Shown: positions 30,273 to 41,202, counted from the stretch's first letter. The stretch: 64,000 bases of DNA from Minisyncoccota bacterium (GCA_041674225.1 JBAYWG010000001.1:38501-102500), one strand, 5' to 3'. Program-made: numbers and translations. Notes: generated by a model not told the origin, from the letters alone.

Positions 30273-30737
30273 TTACTCGGCAGCAAAACGATAGTATGGA
30301 CTCTCAAATCTCCAAGCATAAAGCCCGTGCCAGTAGCAGACCACACTGTCGCCTTTTGCTCTGATGATAGGCACGAGTTCATTTCCGGCAATGTTTCTTA
30401 TCGCCGATTTCCAGCAGGCAACGAAGTTCTCCGGAAATCTTTCACTGAAAGTTTTAGGGGAAAGATCCATAAGTGCAAACCCGTCCTGTAAATTCAGCGT
30501 TCTCTCAATTTCGTCCGGAAGACTTTGAAATCTTTTCAAAATTTCTTTTCCAGAAAATATCAGCTCTCTTTGATCTGTTGTGAAGTATATGGGTTCCAAA
30601 TCAGAAACCTTATAACTCTCAGGTCCCGACTGTTGAAGTTCTGGGTAAAGAAACTCCTTGAAAGACAACAATGGTTTCTCGATTTTTGTTGGATCCAAAA
30701 ATTCACTACGATCAACTTTTATTTCTATAGGTTCCAT
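30273..30737 (-). CDS. Hypothetical 154-aa protein
   Basis: The ORF lies between smc and the island and is followed on the minus strand by hairpin copy B. Confidence 0.45.
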   Translation of the reverse strand: MEPIEIKVDRSEFLDPTKIEKPLLSFKEFLYPELQQSGPESYKVSDLEPIYFTTDQRELIFSGKEILKRFQSLPDEIERTLNLQDGFALMDLSPKTFSERFPENFVACWKSAIRNIAGNELVPIIRAKGDSVVCYWHGLYAWRFESPYYRFAAE

Positions 30738-30819
30738 TTCTACTATCTACTTTCTTTGTTCAATTGTTTTACAATACTTTCAAAAAGCAGACTACACTCC
30801 AAAATAAATAATGTCAAAA

Positions 30820-33057
30820 CTACTTCGCATACTGCACCCCCTCATCAAATTTAATTGAAAGCAATTCAGAAATTCCTTGCATCATCGTCACGCCATAAAT
30901 CACACTCGCACGAGACATTGTTTCTCTATTGTGAGTAATTAAAATAAGTTGAGATCTGTCAGAAAGTCTCTCAATCATATCCGCGTATTTCTTTGAGTTT
31001 GATTCATCAAGCGCCGCATCTGTTTCATCCAAAATAATAAATGGCGGGGGATTCACAGCAGACATCGCAAATATAAGTGCAATCGAAGTCAGTGCTCTTT
31101 CTCCTCCAGAAAGCATCATCAATCCTTTCACTTTTTTTCGAGGCAATGAAATATCAATATCAATTCCCTCTTCTTGATCCAAATCATCTGGCACGCCATT
31201 GTTATCAAAATCAATATCAGTGTCAGACTTTTTGCGTCGCACTTCAGGTCGAACCAATTTCAAAGCAGCATCTCCACCACCAAACATCAACGCAAAAAAC
31301 TTTTGAAATTCTTTGTTTATCAAATCAACACCTTCTTTAAATCTTTTTGTAATTTCTATATCTAATTCAGAAATTAATTGTTTCAAAGACACAGCAGAAT
31401 TTTCCAAATCTGTAATTTCTTTTATCAAAAATTCATCTCGTTCTGTCACTTCTTCGTACTCTTTCAAAACCTCATGAGAGATTCCTCCACCAAGTTCTTC
31501 GATGCGAATTTTCATTTTCTCCAGCTCTCTTCGCTTTTCATTTTGAACATCTCGATTCTTCTCGACACCTTCCACAATCACAGCAGCTTCATAATCTACG
31601 GCTTCTCTACCAACTAGAACCATCGCTTCTGTTAATTCTCTTTTGAAATCTTCCTCAACACGAATCAACGCAGATTCTTCCATATTAATTCGATTCAATT
31701 CACTCATCAGTTGCCCTTTTTTATTTTCGAATTCAAAAATCTTTCGCTCCACATCGAGCATTGTTGTCTTTGAAGACTCAATTTCGTTTCTCAAAGTCGA
31801 AATATTACCTTCTAAATGTTTTTCTTTTTCTTCTAGAGCTTGAGCTTTTTCTTGAGCGTCATTTTTTTTGTTTTCTAAGTTTTTAATATCTTGCAACAAA
31901 TTCAAATCGGTTTCTTGAGGCATTTTTCTTCTTTCTAAAATAAAATTTGAAAAGGCATCCTTAATTTTCACCAGAGCATTTTTTAAAATCGAAATATCAC
32001 CATTAGCGACATCATCAGAAATTTTATCTATTGTAATTTTTAGGCTTTCAATATCTTTTAAAGAAACACTCACATCTTGTTCTTCTTTCTTTTCTCGCTC
32101 AACAATCCGCTCCAAAGATTTCAACTCACCTTCGATTTGTCCAATCTCTCGAAGCGCATTATTTCTCTCTGTTCGAACATCTGAAAGCTGATTGTTTAAA
32201 TTAGAAAGCTCATCCGTACGAGTGTCGCTTTGTTTTGATTTATTTAATTCTGTTTTAAATTCTACTAAACCTTTTTCGATTGAGTCTAATTCATTTTTAG
32301 GCGCGATTTTAGCTTCTGAAATATATTTCCTAGTTGCATCAATATATTTTTTCTCAATCGCAAGATATGTTCTATACGCAATTCTTAACTGATCTTTCAA
32401 TTCCCTAGTTTGCTCAATTTTTTCAACTTGTTTTTTTAAATATTTAATATGCGGAGCGATTTCTTTTCTCAAAGATTGCACTTGTGCCACATTTTCTTCT
32501 GTCTTTTGCAATCGTCTTTCGCTTTCTACTTTTTTATATTGAAAAACTCGAAGTCCAAGCGCGTCTTCAAGCATTGCTCGACGATCTTTTGGTGTGGCAT
32601 TCAAAATTCTATCAGCTTCTCCTTGAGAAATAATATTGTGCCCAGACGCTCCAATATTTGCTCCAGCTAGAAGTTCTGAAATATCTTTCAAACGAACAGA
32701 AGTACCGTTTATAAAATAATCATTTATACCGTCACGATGCACAGCTCTTTCCAAAACCACTTCATCAAAATCCAAATCCAAACTCCGATCATTATTATCT
32801 AAAACAATTTTCACACTAGCTTTGTTTTGTCTTCCTAGTGCTGTAGTTCCATTGAAAATCAAATCTTCTCCACGCTTTCCTCGCATCGATTTAATAGATT
32901 GTTCTCCCAAAACAAAACGAAAAGCTTCTGCAACATTTGATTTTCCAGAACCGTTTGGCCCGACGATAGATGTAATTGAAGTATCGAAATCTAATCTGCT
33001 TTTCTTAGCAAAAGATTTAAATCCAGCGATTTCTAAAGCCTTTAATCTCATATCCAC
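30820..33057 (-). CDS. smc: Short SMC-family chromosome segregation ATPase (745 aa)
   Basis: It has an N-terminal Walker A (GPNGSGKSN), long coiled-coil arms and a C-terminal signature (LSGGERALTSIALIFA) with Walker B (ILDETDAALD). Confidence 0.8.
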   Translation of the reverse strand: MDMRLKALEIAGFKSFAKKSRLDFDTSITSIVGPNGSGKSNVAEAFRFVLGEQSIKSMRGKRGEDLIFNGTTALGRQNKASVKIVLDNNDRSLDLDFDEVVLERAVHRDGINDYFINGTSVRLKDISELLAGANIGASGHNIISQGEADRILNATPKDRRAMLEDALGLRVFQYKKVESERRLQKTEENVAQVQSLRKEIAPHIKYLKKQVEKIEQTRELKDQLRIAYRTYLAIEKKYIDATRKYISEAKIAPKNELDSIEKGLVEFKTELNKSKQSDTRTDELSNLNNQLSDVRTERNNALREIGQIEGELKSLERIVEREKKEEQDVSVSLKDIESLKITIDKISDDVANGDISILKNALVKIKDAFSNFILERRKMPQETDLNLLQDIKNLENKKNDAQEKAQALEEKEKHLEGNISTLRNEIESSKTTMLDVERKIFEFENKKGQLMSELNRINMEESALIRVEEDFKRELTEAMVLVGREAVDYEAAVIVEGVEKNRDVQNEKRRELEKMKIRIEELGGGISHEVLKEYEEVTERDEFLIKEITDLENSAVSLKQLISELDIEITKRFKEGVDLINKEFQKFFALMFGGGDAALKLVRPEVRRKKSDTDIDFDNNGVPDDLDQEEGIDIDISLPRKKVKGLMMLSGGERALTSIALIFAMSAVNPPPFIILDETDAALDESNSKKYADMIERLSDRSQLILITHNRETMSRASVIYGVTMMQGISELLSIKFDEGVQYAK

Positions 33058-33737
33058 TTTTTAATCTTTAATCCGTTTCTTGCAGATTCTTGCTCCGCAT
33101 CTTGTTTTGACTTTCCACCACCAGAAGCTACGTGTTCGTGTCCGATAAAAACCCCAACGGTAAATTGTTTGTCGTGATCTGGTCCAGTTTCTTCTAGTGT
33201 TTGATACGAAGGCGTCACACCTGTGTGCTCTTGTGCTTTTTCTTGAAACTTACTTTTTGCATCAACCCAAAGAGAGTCCTCAATAATTTTTTCTGTTCTC
33301 GGCAAAAGATTTTTTGAAATAAAAATTTTCACGGCTTCGTAACCTTGATCTAAATAAACTGCACCAATCACAGCTTCAAATGTGTTCGCCAAAATTGCTT
33401 GTCGAGCTCTTCCCATATCTTTTGCTTCTCCTTTTGATAATAATAATTCTTTATTAAATCCAAGTTCACTTGCAACTTCTGAAATTGTAATTGTATTTAC
33501 CAAGGCAGCACGAATCGCTGTCAATTCACCTTCGTTTCTATTTGGAAACTTTTCATATAAGAATTCTGTTGTGATCAATTCCAAAACTGCATCACCAAGA
33601 AATTCTAATCTTTCATTGTGTTTAAGTTTTGTTCCTCTATTTTCGTTTATATAAGAACGATGCGTAAAAGCTTGAATCAATAAATTTTTATCATCGAAAC
33701 TTACACCCACCAATCTTTCTTTGTTTTTTGATTCCAT
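33048..33737 (-). CDS. rnc: Ribonuclease III
   Basis: It has the RNase III signature ERLEFLGDAVLEL and a C-terminal dsRBD. Confidence 0.9.
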   Translation of the reverse strand: MESKNKERLVGVSFDDKNLLIQAFTHRSYINENRGTKLKHNERLEFLGDAVLELITTEFLYEKFPNRNEGELTAIRAALVNTITISEVASELGFNKELLLSKGEAKDMGRARQAILANTFEAVIGAVYLDQGYEAVKIFISKNLLPRTEKIIEDSLWVDAKSKFQEKAQEHTGVTPSYQTLEETGPDHDKQFTVGVFIGHEHVASGGGKSKQDAEQESARNGLKIKKWI

Positions 33738-33739
33738 AA

Positions 33740-34654
33740 CTATGCGTTTACTTTTTCTTGCATCAAAGTTGTTATTGATTGAGTTATTAGAGGCACGATG
33801 TCGTTGTAGAAATTTAAGTCAGCAACATCTTTCACTTTGAACCATTGAGCAGCGTCCAAACCACCTTTTCCTTCTGGAAGTTTAATATCTCCGTAATTTG
33901 ATTCTACTAAATAATATCGAACTTGTTTTCGGTGTTTTCCTTTTTCTGGATGATTCGCTACATATTCTGTTTCTCCCAAAAGAGATTTAACTTTAATTAA
34001 ATCAAGGTTCATTTCTTCCTTGATAACGCGTTTCAAACCTGCTTCATCGTCTTCACCTTCTTCTAATCCACCCTTAGACAAAGTCCAATGTCCAAAAACA
34101 TCGTGTACCAATCCAAAATAAATTTCTCCTTCACTTTCTGCATACACAACAGCTCCAACTTTTTCTTCAATTTTCATTTCTTCAAAAGGAATATCTCTTT
34201 TCTTTTTATTAGGAGCTTCGTCTTCTTTTCCAGGCTCACCAATTTCTTTATACACAGCACCCAAAACACCGTTGATAAATTTTCCTGAAGTCTCACCTCC
34301 AAAAGATTTCCCCAATTCAATAGCTTCGTTAATAGCAACCTTTGAAGGCACTTCTTGCCGATCTACGAACAAAAGCTCAAAAAGACCCATTCTTAAAATG
34401 TTTCTATCTAGTGTAGCTATTTTATCTAGCGGCCAATCCGGAGCTGCTTTTTCAATAATAGAATCAATTTCTTTTTTCTTTTCTAGAACTCCACGCAACA
34501 ACAACTGCATAAAAGAAACATCAGACACACCTGGAGCAAATTCTTCAACATTTCTAATTAGAATATCTTGAACGGTTTTATCGTTGTTTCCATTGAAATC
34601 CCATTCAAACAAAGTTTGAAGAACTATTGATCTTGCAAGGTGCCTGTTTGCCAT
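33740..34654 (-). CDS. nusB: NusB antitermination factor fused to a C-terminal NUDIX hydrolase domain
   Basis: The N-terminal ~140 aa are NusB-like (ARSIVLQTLFEWDF...). The C-terminal half carries a Nudix box, GGLEEGEDDEAGLKRVIKEEMNL (GX5EX7REUXEEXGU-like). Confidence 0.7.
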   Translation of the reverse strand: MANRHLARSIVLQTLFEWDFNGNNDKTVQDILIRNVEEFAPGVSDVSFMQLLLRGVLEKKKEIDSIIEKAAPDWPLDKIATLDRNILRMGLFELLFVDRQEVPSKVAINEAIELGKSFGGETSGKFINGVLGAVYKEIGEPGKEDEAPNKKKRDIPFEEMKIEEKVGAVVYAESEGEIYFGLVHDVFGHWTLSKGGLEEGEDDEAGLKRVIKEEMNLDLIKVKSLLGETEYVANHPEKGKHRKQVRYYLVESNYGDIKLPEGKGGLDAAQWFKVKDVADLNFYNDIVPLITQSITTLMQEKVNA

Positions 34655-34693
34655 ATTTTTTATTGTATCAAAGGTTCTGATTATTGTGAACTC

Positions 34694-34915
34694 TTATTGT
34701 GAACTCTTTTTCGCTGTAATCTTTTGAATTTTCTTTTCTTGTTTTTTTACAATGCTAGCAATCTTCACTCCTTTGTATGTACCTGTTGTAGCGCTCGCTC
34801 GGTGTCGCAAGTGTGGAACTTTAGATTCGTCCAAGCTAACAGCTGGCTTATCTAGCTTGTGATGTGCCCGACGGTTATTTCGGTGCCCTTTTGTATGTCT
34901 CATTCTTACTGTCAT
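34694..34915 (-). CDS. rpmF: 50S ribosomal protein L32
   Basis: MTVRMRHTKGHRNNRRAHHKL...HLRH... has the L32 signature. The start was trimmed to the MTVRM Met. Confidence 0.75.
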   Translation of the reverse strand: MTVRMRHTKGHRNNRRAHHKLDKPAVSLDESKVPHLRHRASATTGTYKGVKIASIVKKQEKKIQKITAKKSSQ

Positions 34916-35019
34916 AGTGGTGGAAATTATACACAAATATTAATTATTGGCAATATTTGATTTGGAAAGAGAAAATCCCCAGCACTGTTGGCCGGGGATT
35001 TTGATTTAGTTTTACTCGA

Positions 35020-35382
35020 CTAGATCGGGAGGTAGATAAATTTATCAGGATAAATCTCCTGAAAAGTAAGCACTTCACTGTGAATATCTGTTTGGTGACG
35101 GACATCCGAAAAAGACACTCTTATCCGAAGGTTTCGAGGAATCCCTTTGCATTTAAGATCTGAATAATTTACATACTCAATCCTGAGGTCTTCCTGATTA
35201 CCAATACGCCAAAGGTTTTCGACACGATCAGTTTTTTTAAGGTATTCGTCAACCCATGGATAATCATTTCTGAAAGTTTCCGGAATTTCACCATTTATGC
35301 CAACTTTTTTAAGGTGTGACACAAATCCGCTGATTGAAGGAATCAATTCTTCAAGTTGGTGTGTTTTTTGTTCTTCTTCCAT
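35020..35382 (-). CDS. Hypothetical 120-aa protein
   Basis: The ORF has no recognisable motif and a downstream hairpin (aaaatcccc...ggggatttt) with a T-tract on the minus strand. Confidence 0.4.
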   Translation of the reverse strand: MEEEQKTHQLEELIPSISGFVSHLKKVGINGEIPETFRNDYPWVDEYLKKTDRVENLWRIGNQEDLRIEYVNYSDLKCKGIPRNLRIRVSFSDVRHQTDIHSEVLTFQEIYPDKFIYLPI

Positions 35383-35474
35383 TTTTAACTTTCTATATTT
35401 GATTGTTGGTTTTTGAAATCACTAGAGAACTAAAGATTTATTGGATATTACAATATATTTCAAAAATGTCCATT

Positions 35475-36083
35475 TTAAATCCTTGTACAAAAAGATTTAC
35501 GGTGTTCGGAAGATTGTCCATGTTTTTTAATTGCTTGAACGTGAGCCTTTGTGCCATAGCCTTTGTTTTGGGTGAAATTGTATTTGGGGAACTTTTTATG
35601 GAGTTTCGTCATTAAGTTATCGCGGTAAACTTTTGCGAGAATGGATGCTAAAGAAATAATTTTTTCGGAGTCGTCACCGCGAATGATTGTTTTTTGGTTG
35701 GGGTATGTGGACGGCGCGCGGAGCGCGCCGTCCAATCTCACTTCAGAATTCCCACCATCAATTCCCTTTTTCTCTAAACTCTTCAAACCATCTGAAATAC
35801 ATTTCTTAATACATTTCGAAATTCCAATTTTATCAATCTCTTTTGCAGAACATTTTTTAATTTCAAAAAAAATCTCCGCTGTCTCCAAAACTTCATTAAA
35901 AATTTCTTCCCTATTTTTCGCTGTCATTTTCTTTGAATCTCTCAGCACGGAAAATTTTGCAAAAATTTTCCGTGCCTTTGCTTTCTCAATCGCCACCACA
36001 CCCACACACACAGGCCCCGCCAAAGGACCGCGCCCCACTTCATCAATTCCTATTAGATATTTGACTGAATTCTCTTTTTTCAT
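35475..36083 (-). CDS. rnhB: Ribonuclease HII
   Basis: IGIDEVGRGPLAGPV contains the RNase HII DEDD motif at its N-terminus. Confidence 0.85.
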   Translation of the reverse strand: MKKENSVKYLIGIDEVGRGPLAGPVCVGVVAIEKAKARKIFAKFSVLRDSKKMTAKNREEIFNEVLETAEIFFEIKKCSAKEIDKIGISKCIKKCISDGLKSLEKKGIDGGNSEVRLDGALRAPSTYPNQKTIIRGDDSEKIISLASILAKVYRDNLMTKLHKKFPKYNFTQNKGYGTKAHVQAIKKHGQSSEHRKSFCTRI

Positions 36084-36136
36084 TTGATAATTTTAACTCA
36101 GAAACAATTAAAAAACTTTTGCTATAATACCCCAAC

Positions 36137-39100
36137 ATGAGTCTAAAACCCTTCACACACCTACATACACACAGCCATTACAGCCTTCTTTCTGCTGTGC
36201 CAAAAATAAAAGAACTCATCTCAGCAGCCAAGAAAGACGGAATGAAAGCACTAGCTCTCACAGACAACGCCAACCTATACGGAGTAATCGAGTTTTATAA
36301 AAAATGTCTTGAAGAAGAAATTAAACCAATCATCGGAATCGATTTATACGTAGCAGCTCGAACAAGAAAAGATAAAGAAGGTCGTGTCGACAACAAAAGA
36401 ACTCGTCTTGTGGTTTTAGCAAAAAATTATCAAGGATACAAAAATTTAATTGAACTCATCACCGATGCCAGTGTCGTGGGTTATTACTACAAACCCCGAG
36501 TCGATCACGAATCACTTCAAACATGGTCATCAGATTTAATTTGTATCGTGCCGTCTTTCAACAGTGAACTAGTTAATGAATTAAAATTAAATGACGAAAC
36601 AAAAGCTAAAGAATTTTTAGACTTCTACAACACAACATATGGCGAAGAAAATGTTTATTTAGAAATTACACATCATCCTGAAATTGAAGGTCATCCAGAA
36701 CTAACACAAAAGATTGTTGATTTCGCAAAAAAATATAATGCCAAATTAGTCGCAGCACACGATGTGTATTATATGAATCCCGAAGATCGCGAAGCAAAGC
36801 AAACACTTCTTTCTGTGCAAGGAACTTTTGGTGGAGGAGGTCTTTATTCTCATGACGAAGACTTTTCTTTTATAAATACAAAAACAGCAAACAAATATTT
36901 TGCAGATTATCCTGAAGCACTAGAAAATAATCAAAAAATTGTTGATGAATGCAATGTAGAAATTGAACTTGGAAAATGGTACTTCCCCCGTTTGGAAATT
37001 CCAGAAGGTACCAACTACGATGATGAACTTAGGAAAAATGCATATGAAGGAATCACAAAAAGAAATCTAATCGAAACAGAAGAAATAAAAGAAAGAATTG
37101 AATATGAATTAAAAATTATTAAAGACAAAGGATATTCTCCATACTTTTTGGTGGTAAGCGATTTACTAAAATTTGCAAAAGAAAATGGAATTTTTGCCAA
37201 CACTAGAGGTTCCGCTGCGGGATCAATGGTCTCTTATCTTGTTGGAATTACAACTGTTAACCCGATTGATTATCAGCTTCCTTTTGAACGATTTCTAAAT
37301 CCAGAACGTCCTTCTGCACCCGATATCGATATGGACTTCGCCGACACAAGAAGAGATGAAGTTATTCAATATGCCAGAAGAAAGTACGGAAAAGACGCCG
37401 TCGCACAAATTGGAACATTCGGTACCATGCTTGCTCGTGGATCTGTTCGTGACGTTGCGAGAGCAATGAACTTTGAATATTCAAAAGGAGATGAAATTGC
37501 AAAATTAATTCCAATGGGTTCACAAGGTTTTCCAATGTCTATCGACAGAGCAATCAAAGAAACTCCTGAACTAAAAGAGCTATACAACAACGATGACGAC
37601 ACAAAAAGAATTATCGACATGGCAAAAAAAATCGAGGGTTGTGCTCGACACATTTCTGTTCATGCCGCTGGAGTTGTTATTGCTCCAACAAAATTAACTG
37701 ATTTCACACCTCTTCAACTCGACCCAAAAGATCCAGAAAAAACAATCACACAATTTGATATGCACGCCGTAGAAGATGCCGGGCTTCTAAAATTCGATTT
37801 TCTTGGATTAAAAAACTTAACAATCATGGCCAACACTGTAAAGCTGGCGAAAAAAATCTACGGAATTGAGATCGATATCGATACAGTTCCACTTGATGAT
37901 ACAAAAACGTACGAGATGCTTGCGCGCGGAGAAACAGCTGCGACATTCCAACTAAACGGAGATGGTATGACTCGTTTTCTAAAAGAGCTTCGACCGTCTG
38001 TGATGGATGATATCAACGCGATGGTGGCACTTTATCGTCCTGGTCCGATGGCTTTCATTCCAGATTATATTGAAAGAAAACACAATCCAGAAAAAGTTGA
38101 ATACTTCGATCCAAAACTCGAACCATTCCTAAACAGAACATACGGAATTTTGATTTACCAAGATGACGTTCTTTTGATTGCAGTGCATCTTGCCGGATAC
38201 TCTTGGGGAGAAGCAGATAAATTCCGAAAAGCGATTGGAAAAAAAATTCCAGAAGAAATGGCGAAGCAAAAAGAAAAGTTTATGAAAGGTTGTGTAGAGA
38301 TCGGAGGATTTTCTGAAGAAAACACAAAAAAACTTTGGGAAATGATTGAGACTTTTGCTGCTTACGGTTTCAACAAAGCTCACGCTGCCAGCTATGGACG
38401 TGTCGCATACCTAACATCATATTTGAAAGCCAACTACCCTATTTTGTACATGGCATCAGTTCTAGATGCAGATTCTGGAGACACAGATAAAATCGCAGAA
38501 ATGGTAGCGGAATGTAAAAGAATGGGAATTGAAGTTCTTCCTCCAAATATTAATGAAAGTTTTGAAGGATTCACTGTCGTAAAAAACAAAGATGGCATTG
38601 AAGAAATTCGTTTTGGACTTTCAACAATTAAAAACTTTGGAGAAGGAATCGCTCACTCGATTATTGAAGAAAGAAAATCTGGCGGAAAATTCACTTCACT
38701 AGAAAATTTCCTTACACGAATCACAGACAGAAATTTAAATAAAAAATCTCTTGAAGCCTTAATCAAAGCTGGAGCGATGCGAGAACTCGGAGATCGAAGT
38801 CAAATGTACGGAAACATTGAATCATTAATCGCATACAACAAAGAAATCGCGCGAGGCCCACAAAATCAAGATTCACTTTTTGGAGACACACTCGCAGCTA
38901 CACCTTTGCGACTAGAACATTCTGTAGAAATAACTTCTGCACAAAAACTCGCTTGGGAAAAAGAATTACTTGGACTTTATATTTCTGGTAATCCACTTGA
39001 ACCTTTCCGAGAAAAATTGGAAAAGCATGCGATAAAGATTTCTGACATAAAAGAAAAGCCACCAAAAGAAACCACGATGATCACAATCGGTGGAACACTT

Positions 39101-39319
39101 GAAGAAGTAAAAGTTATCAAAACAAAAAAAGGTGACGACATGGCATTTTTAAAAATTGCCGATTTTACAGACAGTATTGAAGCTGTGGTTTTCCCTAAAT
39201 TATTCGCAAGCCACAAACTAATACTGACTCAAGATGCTGTTTTGGTTTTGGAGGGCAAGGTTTCAATGAGAAATGATATTCCTAGCGTTATTATCGAAAA
39301 AGTAAAGCGTTTATGCTAG
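36137..39319 (+). CDS. dnaE: DNA polymerase III alpha subunit
   Basis: A PHP domain (HLHTHSHYSLL) is followed by polymerase core motifs (GFDMDF-like PDIDMDFAD) and a C-terminal OB fold. The protein is 1060 aa. Confidence 0.9.
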   Translation: MSLKPFTHLHTHSHYSLLSAVPKIKELISAAKKDGMKALALTDNANLYGVIEFYKKCLEEEIKPIIGIDLYVAARTRKDKEGRVDNKRTRLVVLAKNYQGYKNLIELITDASVVGYYYKPRVDHESLQTWSSDLICIVPSFNSELVNELKLNDETKAKEFLDFYNTTYGEENVYLEITHHPEIEGHPELTQKIVDFAKKYNAKLVAAHDVYYMNPEDREAKQTLLSVQGTFGGGGLYSHDEDFSFINTKTANKYFADYPEALENNQKIVDECNVEIELGKWYFPRLEIPEGTNYDDELRKNAYEGITKRNLIETEEIKERIEYELKIIKDKGYSPYFLVVSDLLKFAKENGIFANTRGSAAGSMVSYLVGITTVNPIDYQLPFERFLNPERPSAPDIDMDFADTRRDEVIQYARRKYGKDAVAQIGTFGTMLARGSVRDVARAMNFEYSKGDEIAKLIPMGSQGFPMSIDRAIKETPELKELYNNDDDTKRIIDMAKKIEGCARHISVHAAGVVIAPTKLTDFTPLQLDPKDPEKTITQFDMHAVEDAGLLKFDFLGLKNLTIMANTVKLAKKIYGIEIDIDTVPLDDTKTYEMLARGETAATFQLNGDGMTRFLKELRPSVMDDINAMVALYRPGPMAFIPDYIERKHNPEKVEYFDPKLEPFLNRTYGILIYQDDVLLIAVHLAGYSWGEADKFRKAIGKKIPEEMAKQKEKFMKGCVEIGGFSEENTKKLWEMIETFAAYGFNKAHAASYGRVAYLTSYLKANYPILYMASVLDADSGDTDKIAEMVAECKRMGIEVLPPNINESFEGFTVVKNKDGIEEIRFGLSTIKNFGEGIAHSIIEERKSGGKFTSLENFLTRITDRNLNKKSLEALIKAGAMRELGDRSQMYGNIESLIAYNKEIARGPQNQDSLFGDTLAATPLRLEHSVEITSAQKLAWEKELLGLYISGNPLEPFREKLEKHAIKISDIKEKPPKETTMITIGGTLEEVKVIKTKKGDDMAFLKIADFTDSIEAVVFPKLFASHKLILTQDAVLVLEGKVSMRNDIPSVIIEKVKRLC

Positions 39320-39329
39320 TATTCTCATT

Positions 39330-41087
39330 ATGAAAAAAGAACAAGATTTGATGCAAAACTTAATGAATGAGAGACATTCTCTTTCTCATCTTTTAGCAGC
39401 TGCCGTATTAGAAATTTATCCTGACGCGAAAGTCACATTGGGTCCACCGATTGATAATGGTTTTTATTATGACTTTCAATTCACATCTGCAGTTTCTAAT
39501 GATGATTTGCCAAAAATCCAAAAGAAAATGCTGGAGCTTTTGCCAAAATGGACAGAGTTCACAAGCCAAGAAGTTTCCGCAGATGAAGCTAGAGAAATTT
39601 TTGCTGGAAATGAATTCAAACTTGAACTTATAAATGATATTGAAAAAAGTGGAGAGAAAATAACTCTTTATACTTGCGGTGGTTTTACAGACTTGTGCAA
39701 AGGAGGTCACATCGAAAATTTATCTTCGATTGATAAAAAAAGTTTTGAATTAAATAAAGTCGCAGGTGCATATTGGCGAGGAGATGAAAATAATCCAATG
39801 CTAACAAGAATCTACGGTTTAGCTTTTGAAACAGCTCAAGATTTAGATGCTTACAAAAAACAACTTGAAGAAGCAGCTGCTCGAGATCATCGCAAGATTG
39901 GAAAAGAATTAGATTTATTTGTTTTTTCTAGTGTCGTTGGAAAAGGTCTTCCTATTTGGACAGAAAAAGGCGCAACAATGCGAAGAGTTTTAGAGAGATT
40001 TATTGTAGACGAAGAAATAAATAGAGGTTATAAGCATGTGTATACGCCAGACATAGCTAATATAGATTTATATAAAAAATCTGGACACTATCCGTACTAC
40101 AAAGATTCAATGTATGCTCCGATAAAAATTGATGATGATGAATACATGCTTAGACCGATGACATGTCCACATCACTACGAATTATACTTGAGTAAACCTA
40201 GAAGCTACCGGGAATTACCAATGCGTATTGCTGAGCTAGCAAAACTTTATCGATATGAACAATCAGGTGAGTTGTCGGGATTAATAAGAGTTCGGAGTTT
40301 CTGTTTGTCAGATGCACATATTATTTGTGCGAATCCAGAACAAGCTCAACAAGAAATTAGCAGTGCGTTGGACTTGATTGAATTTATGGCACACAAATTA
40401 GGTCTTGAATACAAAAAAGATTATTCATACAGATTATCTTTAGGAAACAGAGAAAATGAAGAGAAGTACTACAAAGACGATGCTGCATGGAATACAAGTG
40501 AAGAAATTCTTCGGCAAACTCTAATATCTAGAGGATCTGAATTTAGAGAAGCAGAAGATGAAGCTGCTTTCTATGGACCCAAAATTGATATCCAAATGAA
40601 AAATGTCTCAGGAAAAGAAGATACTGCTTTTACAGTGCAATATGATTTCGTGATGCCAAAAAGATTTGAGCTTGAATACACAGATTCAGATGGAAAAATT
40701 AAGGAGGCAATTGTGATTCACAGATCATCTGCGGGAGCTATTGAAAGAGTGTTAGCGTTTTTGATTGAAAGAACTGCTGGTAATTTCCCTCTTTGGATTT
40801 CTCCTACTCAAATAGAAATTATTACAATTAACGAATCTCAATTTGAATATGCACAAGAAGTTGCAAATAGATTAAAATCAGAAGGTTTTAGAGTTGGTTT
40901 TGATAAAAGTGATGAAGGATTTGGAAAGAAAGTTCGAAAAGCAAAAACAGAAAAGACTCCGTATTTTGTAATCATCGGAGATGCGGAAGTTGAATCAAAA
41001 ACCCTGACACTAGAATCTCGCGATGCTGGAAAAATAGGTTCAATTAGTTTGGAAGATTTAGTTGTTAAGCTGAAGGAGGAAAATTAG
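39330..41087 (+). CDS. thrS: Threonyl-tRNA synthetase (short form without the N-terminal TGS/editing domains)
   Basis: It has a class II catalytic core (FRYEQSGELSGLIRVRSF, CPHH zinc site) and a C-terminal anticodon-binding domain. The protein is 585 aa. Confidence 0.85.
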   Translation: MKKEQDLMQNLMNERHSLSHLLAAAVLEIYPDAKVTLGPPIDNGFYYDFQFTSAVSNDDLPKIQKKMLELLPKWTEFTSQEVSADEAREIFAGNEFKLELINDIEKSGEKITLYTCGGFTDLCKGGHIENLSSIDKKSFELNKVAGAYWRGDENNPMLTRIYGLAFETAQDLDAYKKQLEEAAARDHRKIGKELDLFVFSSVVGKGLPIWTEKGATMRRVLERFIVDEEINRGYKHVYTPDIANIDLYKKSGHYPYYKDSMYAPIKIDDDEYMLRPMTCPHHYELYLSKPRSYRELPMRIAELAKLYRYEQSGELSGLIRVRSFCLSDAHIICANPEQAQQEISSALDLIEFMAHKLGLEYKKDYSYRLSLGNRENEEKYYKDDAAWNTSEEILRQTLISRGSEFREAEDEAAFYGPKIDIQMKNVSGKEDTAFTVQYDFVMPKRFELEYTDSDGKIKEAIVIHRSSAGAIERVLAFLIERTAGNFPLWISPTQIEIITINESQFEYAQEVANRLKSEGFRVGFDKSDEGFGKKVRKAKTEKTPYFVIIGDAEVESKTLTLESRDAGKIGSISLEDLVVKLKEEN

Positions 41088-41114
41088 TTAGTGGAGGAAA
41101 TTAAAGAAAAACAA

Positions 41115-41145
41115 AAGAGCCGGCAGCGAAGCTGCCGGCTCTTTT
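41115..41145. terminator. Bidirectional intrinsic terminator
   Basis: aaagagccggcagc-gaa-gctgccggctcttt is flanked by T/A tracts and lies between thrS (+) and the YG-repeat gene (-). Confidence 0.55.
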
Positions 41146-41202
41146 GCATTATTAAGTTAGATTAGATTAAATTAGTTTAGTTCAAATTAGATTTATCTTT
41201 GA

